Part shown: piece by piece, positions 41,849-51,988 of the stretch
Layout: each line of letters starts with the position of its first letter
Position numbering within the stretch: the first letter of the stretch is position 1
NCBI GenBank assembly: GCA_030141605.1
Contig: JAQGDQ010000035.1
Location: 62,001-126,000, forward strand
Source: Tubiluchus corallicola
Taxonomy: Eukaryota > Animalia > Priapulida
DNA length: 64,000 bases
Direction: 5' to 3'
Program-made: the position numbers and the translations under genes
Notes under the pieces: generated by a model
Databases searched by the model: none
Told to the model about the DNA's origin: nothing
Seen by the model: the letters and a program-made list of their open reading frames with translations, nothing else

Positions 41849-42358
41849 TGACCACAGTTAGCAACACTGAATATGGTCAGATTGGTAGATTCAGTTAGGG
41901 TGGTTACGCATCTTGTTTAAGTGGCATACTTTCTGTGCCACTTAAATTTGCTCCAAATTTCATTTATAATGTAATCGTGATAATGTGACAATGAACTTTG
42001 ACCCCAAAGGTTAATAATCATTTTACCTCGGTAGTGTGCATAGCTCCTACCTTCTAAAGATTCTAACCATAAAAACTTGAAAATTAAAGTTGGCGGTATT
42101 TGATTTAAATACTAAAGTTGTTATTATTATAATTTTTTATGATCAATAATTGCTATTTAATCATCTAACCAGGGTTACTCGGTATGTAGTGTGGAGCTGT
42201 AGGCTCTACACGTGCTTTGCACTCACTATCCTAGATCACACCATGAAAATTAATACAACATGAGTAAGTACTTAGATTATGAGACAGTGGAAGGCGGCCA
42301 AGTTAGCCATCTGTAAATCCGATACTGAATTTAGAATGCCTACCTAGGATATGAATAT

Positions 42359-43042
42359 TGTCGGGTGCCGAGTAACCCACTAGCCGAAGTACGACAATTG
42401 ATGTACAAGGGCTAGCCCAAGTAGGGCACGTCATACATAGGCTAGCCCAAGTAGGACGTGTTGTACATGGGCTGCCCAAGTAGGACACTAGAGACAGGTC
42501 ACGAATTGAGTTGTTAAGCGTATTGGCACCGTCCGATGTCCTTGTTACATGTTACATTGTACATGTTACAATACTATTGATATTATTAAAACTAAGTAAT
42601 TGTTCTTGCTTTTCCTAAAAAGTTAAAAATTAATTTTTCGTGTTGTGAAGGCTTAGCAGCATCTGTCTCATTTTTAAACTTGCAATTATTTCTGTAATAA
42701 TTGTGTGCATAGTTTCTCTCTTTAAAGCATTAGATACTTAATGTTATGATGATTTTAATGGAGCTAATACTAGTAATAGTAATAATATAATATAGTAATA
42801 ATACTGATGATACTATTGTGAAAATACATTAATTTTGTAAATTGTCATCCATCATTATTATAAATAATCCATCAGTATTATAAAGTTACTTTTTTGTAAA
42901 ACAAATTTAGTTTTACGTTTTATTATGTCCGCCAGTGCCCTACTTGGGCTACCCATGTACGACACTACTTTTCCACAAATTTAGCACAGGCGTTTTACCG
43001 GAAGAGTACTACTTCGGCTAGTGGGTTACTCAGCGCCCTACA
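42359..43042. mobile_element. Non-autonomous TGT..ACA element (Ginger-like), copy 1, 5-bp TSD AATAT
   Basis: aatat|TGTCGGGTGCCGAGTAACCCACTAGCCGAAGTA ... TACTTCGGCTAGTGGGTTACTCAGCGCCCTACA|aatat; subterminal repeats cccaagtagg. Confidence 0.85.
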
Positions 43043-44695
43043 AATATAAATATCTTAACTGCAATTACTTAAATGAGGACCAATTCTGCCCATTTTAGAT
43101 TGGAATTCTAACAATTTTCTGGCAAAAAACAGGTATTATTATCGTCTTAACCAGACCCTTAGTAAGCCAAGTGAACAATATGACAAACCTTCAAAATTAG
43201 GTCAATACAGTGGCAATACTTCACTCGTATCTGTGGTCTAACGAAATATACATCTGAAACGTTAAAAACAGTTTTGTACTTTTTTATTTGAAATTTATTT
43301 ACTAGTGTAAAGGGTAAAAAATGATATTCAAAATTGCAATACAAAACATTGGTTGGTGTATTTTTGTGAACTAAAAGTGAGACTACAGTACTCTTTTGCT
43401 CCCTTAATATTTTGTTCATAAGAAAAGATAGAAAAAGCAGGTAAAACAAATAAATATTTACACGTATATTTTATTAACGATGCTCTAAGGCTGTTAGAAA
43501 AGCTTTTGAGGATCAGCTATTAATGCTATTTCTCAAACCATGTTGTTCCAAAATGGATCTCAGCGCCTGCTTCTGTAGATGATTGGCCGTTTGTAAGTGC
43601 TTGAATGTAATGTCTATGTCTATGCTTGAAATATGATTTCGTAAAAAATTCGAACATGTTCATTTGACAGGGTTTCTTAAGTTCGATAGACGTGTGTAAG
43701 TAGCTTTGCTCTGTACATCTTATCAAGTGCTACTCACGTAGTATGCTAGTAGGTGTACTGTATTTTTATTTTTATGAATGTCTTTTATGTACTAATAGAT
43801 GTGAGTAAACTAAACTAAACCATTAATTTATACAGTGTATAATTTTGTATATTATAATTACCTAGACAGAAACATAGACTGATTAACTCTTTTTGTCGAT
43901 TTTGCCAGTGAACCTAAAACAGTCAACAAAAAATAATAAGAGTATTATTACAACTTATTTGATGTTCATAGACAAGGACTGCACTTAAATATGTAAAGCC
44001 TACACATTCTCTTCATAAGTAAAATGTCATTGGAGCTGTTCTTCGAATTACAATGACTCTACCTACCTACTCATACACATAAGAAAATGTGTGCATAAGT
44101 AGTCTATAAAATCAAAGCAGCACTGAAACTTAAACTTTACTTAATTTGCCTTAATCAAAAATCATTTTAAACAGCAACGCTAGTATTCACTTTCTTGTTA
44201 TTCTTGTTCTTTCCTCTGTGTTTAGTTTTACGTTTCTGTTATGTTTAAAACTGAAAGCAAAAAATAGGCCTACAAAAGTCTCTCGATAGCTCATAATATG
44301 TGAGCTTTTAGCTTAACATAGAAATAGCTGACAATTCAGGTTAAAGAAATCCCACCCCATTCATAATAAGTCAATTAATTACAATTAAGATGATATTTCA
44401 CACACTTGGGTTGTGGTATGCTACAAATGCTTGCTTTACATAGTTGCATTGAATTTCATAAAATTCATGCTATTATCTCATATATTAAACAATTACTTGT
44501 TAAGCTTAAATCTAAACATAATGAGAATTTGTGTATTATCTGATTATATCACATCTCATCATACACTAGTAGGTAATATAACTACAGAAGGCAAGAATGA
44601 AAGAACAATTTTTTTGTTGTTGAATGAACTTAGTGCAAGCACATAAGCTGTAAAAAGCAATGTTAGTAGTTTAATACTCAGTACATAATAATAAT

Positions 44696-45643
44696 TTATT
44701 CTTCTTTCTCAGGCCACAGTTTAGGCTTTACCTCGTCCACACATTCAAACATTCCCATTAATTTACCAAGTTCAACAGCTGCTTTGGAAGGCAGAAGCCA
44801 CTGAGCAATTGGCGTAATAAGATAGAGAATCCGGGGTATAATCAAAGTCTCCTGATTCCTGAGGACAGCATCCATCATCTGATTGACAGCATACTCTGGA
44901 TCCATGCTGGGTGGAGCAAACCTAAGCTTGAATCCTTCAAAAAGCCTAGTTTTCATATGATAAGGACTGATAACTGTTGTAGCTATATCTGCTTCCAAAG
45001 CCGCAATCTCCATTCTGACACACTGATGAAAAGCAATGGCAGCAGCTTTACTTGCACAATAATCAGCAGCTTTGGGAGATGGGGTAAATCCAGCAATGCT
45101 AGCGATCGTTACGAGATGCCCATGGTTTCTTTTCAGCATGTCAGGTAGGAATGCCTTGACTGTCCAGAAAAGAGCAAGTGCATTAATACCTATAACTCTG
45201 TTTACTGTTTCGTCGTTATAGTCAGTTACGAGTTTACAGCTGCCAGTAACACCTGCATTGTTTACCAACATTGTCACAGCGCCTACCTCTTCTTTAACTA
45301 GTGCAGCAGCTTTATACACCTCTTCTTTATTGCACACATCGACTTGGTATCCATGCACTTTGTCTGGTGAAGAAACATAATTTTTTAATTGTGCAATCGT
45401 TTCGTTGTTGGCCTTTTCTTGAATGTCCCAGCAAATAACCTTAGCTCCTTGTTGTGCAAAACGTATAGCCAATAACCTGCCAATTCCTGATCCTGCTCCA
45501 GTAACGAGTACTGTTTCTCCTCGAATGTCTTTCTTGTATTTCCAAGTAGGAAAAATGAAGTAGAACGCTGCTTCAATAAAGTAATACCAGACAAAAAATA
45601 AAGTGACGATAATTTCTTTGATAAGCCCAAGTGTATGATCCAT
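44696..45643 (-). CDS. Intronless short-chain dehydrogenase/reductase, SDR16C family (epidermal retinol dehydrogenase 2 / RDH10 / HSD17B11-like), 315 aa
   Basis: Single ORF with N-terminal hydrophobic anchor, TGAGSGIG (TGxxxGxG), NNAG, FWTVKAFLPDM, catalytic Ser (IASIAG) and YCASK. The ORF-track N-terminal extension to 45751 crosses a splice acceptor (..tttcttcag|, exon start 45694), so ATG 45643 (MDHTLG) is the likely start. Confidence 0.92.
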   Translation of the reverse strand: MDHTLGLIKEIIVTLFFVWYYFIEAAFYFIFPTWKYKKDIRGETVLVTGAGSGIGRLLAIRFAQQGAKVICWDIQEKANNETIAQLKNYVSSPDKVHGYQVDVCNKEEVYKAAALVKEEVGAVTMLVNNAGVTGSCKLVTDYNDETVNRVIGINALALFWTVKAFLPDMLKRNHGHLVTIASIAGFTPSPKAADYCASKAAAIAFHQCVRMEIAALEADIATTVISPYHMKTRLFEGFKLRFAPPSMDPEYAVNQMMDAVLRNQETLIIPRILYLITPIAQWLLPSKAAVELGKLMGMFECVDEVKPKLWPEKEE

Positions 45644-46201
45644 TTTCCAAAAGGTGCAACAGCAAATGTTCTTCTTTCTTCGAGTGAACAAAAACTGAAG
45701 AAACACAAACAATAAAATATTACAATTCAATCCACAATTCAATATTAGCATACGTAGATCATAGTTTCATTTTGAGTTAAAGTTTAATAACACTCATTAT
45801 AGTAATAAAGGAATGAGATGGCGAACGAACCTCACAGTCATACAGATGAATACAGTAGTAATCAGACAATCTTATATAACCTGATGTGGGTAGCACTGAA
45901 GCGCTCAACATATATGTTTATCCTGACAACATATTTTTTTCTTTATTATGGGAATTTTTGTAAACGTACTTATTCTTGACAGTAAGAATTGTCTCGGTGT
46001 TATTAAAACTAATTCAGCTTAACTTCTATCTTTCAACAGTAAGAGTAATTAAAATTTTAATGATTGACATCAAAAAACTATATAATTAAAAGAAGTGGGG
46101 AGACATGCAGCATCAAGACCACATAAACAATAAACATCACTTAAATGGAGCCATCAGAAAGATAGCCTATTGAGCATTTAAGGTTCGGCTGCTGTTTACT
46201 A

Positions 46202-46651
46202 AAGTAGGTCCTCGTTTAACAGCACCAATTTTTCTAGCAAAACACGATGTTAAGGGTAGCGTCGTTATATGAAACAAGGCATTCAAATGCATTCGTTAAA
46301 GAAAACAATGCAAAAGCATTCAATTATGTTCCCCAACTTGAGAGATTTATTGTAACATGAGATTTTTATCAGAGGAATTTCATCTCTATGCATGCAGTTA
46401 GAGAGTTGTTAGCAGGGAATCATTGTTGCCTGCCTGTGACTGTGTTTAATAAGGTAAAATATGTATTAATTTCTGTTACAGGTGATTTCTGTTAATAAGG
46501 CTTGTTCATAAAAACGCAAGTGCAGTAAACAAAATTTCAGCGTTTGTAGGTCGAAAAAATCGTCGTTAAAGTGAAACACGCCTTGATAACTGAATAAAAG
46601 GTGTCGAAAGACCAACATCGTTAACGTATAGTCGTTAAACGAGGCTTACTA
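46202..46651. mobile_element. Tigger-like MITE
   Basis: AAGTAGGTCCTCGTTTAAC ... GTTAAACGAGGCTTACTA imperfect TIRs with repeated (t)cgttaa motifs. Confidence 0.7.
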
Positions 46652-46875
46652 CACTTCCCAGCAAGACGTAACCTAATTAGTTTAGGTAGCTCTCCTGAGA
46701 CAAGTCTACAAGAAGACCAATGACAACACAAAGAATACCTTATCCAAAGAAATAAAGACCTAGGTGGAAACTATCTCTAAACGGTCCTCGCTCAAATGCC
46801 TTTTGAAGCTGCCAACTGATGAAGCGCTGATGGTTGCGAAATTCACGTGGCCAGCAACTGGACATCATAACAACT

Positions 46876-48353
46876 TGTAGGGCACCGAGCAATCCATTAG
46901 CCCAAGTAGGACACTTCCGGTAAAACCCATGTGCTAAAAGTAGTGTCGTACATGGGCAGCCCATGTAGGACACTAGCGATTTTTGTCGAGAATCGGTAAT
47001 TTTGTCAATTTTTTTATAAATTCTGTGAAAGTTTCTTCATTTTATAAAAATTGCGCTTGTTGGTTGAGTTGTCGTCAGTTTGGCGTCATGAAAACTTACT
47101 TGACCAGCCAGATGTTTAACTCAGCATGCAGCACGTAGGTATTGTTTTGTGGTGACTTTTCTAACTCGTTCACTGAACGAGACTTTGTTTGTTAACAAAG
47201 CAGCTCATTTAGCACTCTAGGGTTGTTCAGCAGTATGGTTATAATAGTGGTGAAATAAAACAGTAGTACAGGGAAATGTCAAACACTGAAGTCGTGTTAT
47301 GTAGCCTGTTGTTATGAGTGCTAATGATTATACCAAATTGATGGCTCACCACCTGATTGGATGTTACCGACTCTGTAATGACTCTTTGTCAGGCTTTTCC
47401 TGGATTCTCTTCCTCACTTTGTTTAGCATTTTTATAGATCTAGATTTTTTCCTGCGTATTACATTATGTGTGCATAATAATTCAAAACAATGTTCAAAAA
47501 TTTTTTAAATGTTTGTTAATGGATTAATGGTTAGTGTATCTATTTTGTGTATCCGTGTCTTTGAAAATTAATAAAAGATAGAATAAAAGATACATTGAGC
47601 ATAGAGACTAAAACATAAAACTAAATTTGTTTTAGAAAAGGTAACTTTCTAATAATGATGGATATTCCTTGGCAATTTACAAATGTATTTTTTATGATAA
47701 TATCATCATTATGATTAGCTCCATTAATATCATGATAACATTAAACCTAGTATCTAATGCTTTAAAGGGAGAAACTATGCACACAGTTATTACAGAAATA
47801 ATTGCAAATTTAAAAATGAGACAGATGCTGCTAAGCCTTCACAATGCCAAAAAGTAATTTTTAACATTTAGGAAAAGCGAAGACAATTAGTTTTAATATT
47901 ATCAGTAGTATTGTAACATGTAGGGCACTGTCCTACATGGCTCGCTAACCCATGTAGGACACATAGATCGCTAGAACGTTTGGTTAGAAGAAAACAATTA
48001 TTTGTTTATGACCTGTCTATGAAGCGAGACAAAATCAAAAATGATATACCTTAAACAAATATTGAACTCGCAAAAGGTGGGTTTTTTCACTTCAACAACA
48101 TTAATATCGAAACAAAATTTAATATTGTCCGTTCTACCATCTCAGAATGAAATTCTTTTATTTTATCAGATGTATAATAAATTATTCAACGTGTATTGAC
48201 GTTTTTAATTATTATTATTACATAAACAAGGAAAACGGACGGTGCCAGTACACTCAACGACTCAATTCGCGACCTGTCTCTAGTGTCCTACTTGGCAGCC
48301 CATGTACGACACGTCCTACCTACTTGGGCTAGTGGATTACTCGGCTCCCAACA
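46876..48353. mobile_element. Non-autonomous TGT..ACA element (Ginger-like), copy 2, inverted relative to copy 1, TSD CAACT/GAACT
   Basis: caact|TGTAGGGCACCGAGCAATCCATTAGCCCAAGTAGG ... CCTACTTGGGCTAGTGGATTACTCGGCTCCCAACA|gaact. 47600-47920 and 48225-48353 are imperfect reverse complements of copy-1 sequence. Confidence 0.85.
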
Positions 48354-48518
48354 GAACTATCAAATCAGATCAACCGCTGCTGTGCTGCTACCTATCCGCT
48401 ATAGCCAAAGTATACAAAGCAAAGTAGGGAAATACTGCGCAGTTGTTCGCGCAGTTAGTGTCGCCCTAGCGGCATTTCAGTACGGACTGTTGTTGTCAGG
48501 TACGCAACAGCGCAAGCT

Positions 48519-48642
48519 ATGGGTACTGTAGCAGATGAATTGATGAGACCATCAAAACCAGGCCGGCTCATAAATTGCTCAGCAGTGAGTTGCAAAAACA
48601 CAAATAAAAATATCTTTTTAAATTTCGCAAGGATGCAGCCAG
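48519..48642 (+). pseudogene. Frameshifted THAP-domain N-terminal remnant (transposon-derived first exon)
   Basis: ATG..INCSAVSCKNTNKN, then in a shifted frame LFKFRKDAAR ending at donor ag|gtaatt. Matches the THAP C-x4-C-x-N..F-x-F-P-K-D pattern except that Pro is replaced by Arg. Confidence 0.45.
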
Positions 48643-51120
48643 GTAATTGTAATAAATTGTTAATTGTAACACAGTTTTGTAACTTTTGTTACAAGTTAAA
48701 TATATTGTACACTAAGCAAAGACTGCAAGGTCTACATCTCTTTTTGGCGATTCATAGCAGCTGTTATATTTTTGAAAATTATTTAAAACAAGCATAAGGC
48801 ATTAAGAATAATTAGTAGTTAAAATAAAAATTATTATAATCATATCTCATAAAAATTAATAGGCTTGTTTACAAAATAAGTTAAGAAAGTTGATCAAAAA
48901 GAAAGTTTGCAAATACCTGGCTCATGTAGTATTCGATTTCTGGAGAAATATTTTTTCTAAGAAACATTCCTATTTAATATGTTCTTATCAGGAAATATAA
49001 CTTGAAGAAATATTAGGCCTGACTTTCATGTGTAATACCTTTCATAGAAAAAAAATCGATTTTTTCAGAAGAGCAAATAATTTTCCAGAACAAAACTTAA
49101 TCTAAGCATCTGCATGTTTTGTTAATTCCAAGTTAAAAATGTTTAAAAAGCATATAATCATACATTACGTTGAACAAGCAGAGATGCATTTACGACATTA
49201 CTCCTCTTTTTTATTATCAGTGAACAAAAAATAACTGAACGAAACATCAGAGCTGTCATCCTAATCAGCCGACATTACTTCCACCTCTATAACAACCAAC
49301 TAACTAGGTCAAAATCTACATCAAAATAAATGTTCATTAAATACAGTTTGCTTACGTGTAAAAATGTACTTGTATAAGCGTACTAATAAAACACCTGTGG
49401 CTAAATCCACTGACCAGTCTTGATAAATATTATTTATTGATGGGCTTAAATTAATTGATTTTATACAGGCCTAGGTACCAAGGGCAATCATTTTATATAG
49501 TTAAATATATAGGTTCAACTTCATAGAATCTAATTTTCGGTATTTGACTCAAACTTAGCTGATCTTATTTGTTTTTCTTTTGTTTTGTTTATTAATCAGA
49601 CTCTTTAGTTATTATTTTAATGCATGTATTTTGCAGCTTGATTCAGTTCCCTATATGAAAGTTTATATAAATTTCTGTTTGGCTAGCTTGCTTTTCATTT
49701 TATTTAATTTGTTTTTTATTATTTTTTATTTAGTATTATTGTTATTATTTTGCATGTTTTTCTCATATTGAGTTATGCATGGACGATATGACAGCTTGAA
49801 TTTTGATCATTTTTGATTCATTTGTACCACATTATTTGGCTTTTGCTTACAATTGCTTTTTGTATATCATTTTCCTGTATGTTTAGATATATTTGATTGC
49901 ATTTTCAATCTTCAGTTATTAAAGTTGATTAGAGAATTTTAAACAGATCAAGTTGCTAAGTAAAATAGTAATAATGTAATTTCACTACTATTCATGAGTG
50001 AAATAGTAACAATGTCATCCCAATAATCACATACATCCATTGAAGGATGGCTTGACTAGTTGACCTTCTTGATCTTTCGCCATCGTATTTCCATTGTGAA
50101 AATTAAATACATTTACTTGCTTCAGTTATATCATGAATATGGAAATAAATGTACGTTATGAATTGAATTGAATATGTGAAGCACTGTATCGTGCAATTAC
50201 TTGTTGTGTGCATGCATGCATGTGCGAGTTATTTATATACAAACCTACAATATAATATATTTGTAATTATATAGATTAATTGCAGGGCACGTAACTGAGT
50301 GCAATGTACGTAACTCTTTCCTCAGGAAACAATTAAATTTTACTTACAACAAAACTGAAGAGGCATTTGCAAGTACATAATACGAACTTATTGCTACAAT
50401 TTTTTTCCTTTTCATGAAATGTTTTCAGTTTTTTAAAACTAATAATTGCTTTTAATTGAGATATACTTCTTTTATTAAAAACGCAAAAGTGATTTTGGCT
50501 TATCAAAACTGAGCGTATGCCAACATTATTGGTGAACTTAAGAATATTATTATTACAGTCAATGCGCCGCTCAAAATTTTTTACTGATTCGCCGTTTGAT
50601 GCCGCCAGCATAGCCGCTAATCGCAAAAACGAAATACGTAACAATAAATTTCTTTACTTCCTCTTTGTACACTTTGCTATAGCTGTAAAAATTTATCTAA
50701 AGGTTGCCCATATTGAGGCATCGGTTTTGATGAAAAAGTAAAATAATTAAGCTTTCTTCTTAGAATCTGAAAAATTGTGTGAATCTATTAAAATAGCTCC
50801 ATAACACAGTTATAATTGCTTCGGTCAAGATCATTTAAGCGCGAGTAACAGTGCTTTTTGATACTGCTAGGGTAGTTTTTTGGCAATACTAGTAGTAGTA
50901 GTACTTGTATTAGATTCCTAAAATAATCATGATTAGGCGCATGATAATCATGAACTTAATCATGTTAGTCACTTAATGTGACATGCTTCTACAAACATAT
51001 AACAAGACCAGATATAGTTAATCAAGCTACTGCATAAATAACTGATAAACATAAGAGAAGTAATTATTTTTAATTATTATTATTGTATCTTAATTAAAAT
51101 CACCATTTTAATTATTATAT

Positions 51121-51718
51121 ATGCGTGATGGAGTCATAGAAGAGAAATCTGTTGTACGTGATTTAGGCATCTACATATACTGTGACCTAAAGTGGAACAC
51201 CTGTGTTAATCATATAACATCTCACGCAAATCGTCGAATTGGAATGATCAAACGTTGTGTCGTTTCAAGATCTGCTAATGTTATAGTCCCGTTATTACTA
51301 CGAGGCCATTATTCCAAACTCTTCATCGAATACAGCCGAACCAACATCTGTTCTCATTTTTTTGCCTCTCATGTGGCCCATCCATGGAACTCACTCTCAG
51401 CTGATACTGTCAATGCACCATCTATCGATAAATTTAAAATGAATATGAGAAGGGACAGAAGTTGAACTCTAGGTCATTCTCCATTGTATCGTCTTCCGGA
51501 CTTTCCTTCTTTTATCTTGCACCTTCTGCACTCCTGTTATTCCATATTGCCTGTTTGGCTCAGATCTTACAAACTCGTCTTCCTATCTGAGCCGATAATT
51601 GTCTGTGCTACGTTAATCGTTTGGCTATATCTTGTCAATTATTCTCCTGTTATTTCTATATTATGCATTTTTGTGTAAGATATTATTTAGTTCTACTTGG
51701 CTCTTTCAATAAATAAAC
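51121..51718 (+). mobile_element. CR1-clade LINE 3' fragment with internal deletion
   Basis: VVRDLGIYIYCDLKWNTCVNHITSHANRRIGMIKR fused to LRGHYSKL..FFASHVAHPWNSLSADTVNAPSIDKFK; 3' UTR ends caataaataaa. Confidence 0.85.
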
Positions 51719-51988
51719 ATTAAGTGAGTTACCATTCACTATCCTCATCTATAGGCTATTTGCATGTTAGAGATTTTGATAGCTATCTCTGTTCCTCTGG
51801 GTATAAACTCGTCTACCAGATCCAGTTAAAACATAAATAGATTTTTATTATAACTGTCCACTAATGTAATATTACTTACTTATGTCTATCATTAGTATCA
51901 TATTCACCTAATATTTTCAGTACTCTTACAAGTTATATATTACTTATATTTTTTCAGTCATTGCATAGCTTAGGAAAACTACAGTAAG

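Noticed and set aside
42410-42490. Spaced CCCAAGTAGG repeats superficially resembling a CRISPR array
   Set aside because: Three short subterminal repeats of a transposon with similar spacers, in eukaryotic context with no cas genes.
45644-45751. N-terminal extension of the SDR ORF in the track
   Set aside because: It has a non-ATG start and crosses a clear polypyrimidine/AG acceptor at 45694; it is intron and UTR sequence.
50035-50095. Possible minus-strand mini-exon MAKDQEGQLVKPSFNG with gtatgt donor
   Set aside because: No recognisable homology or acceptor, and the CHMP6 and SDR starts are already accounted for.
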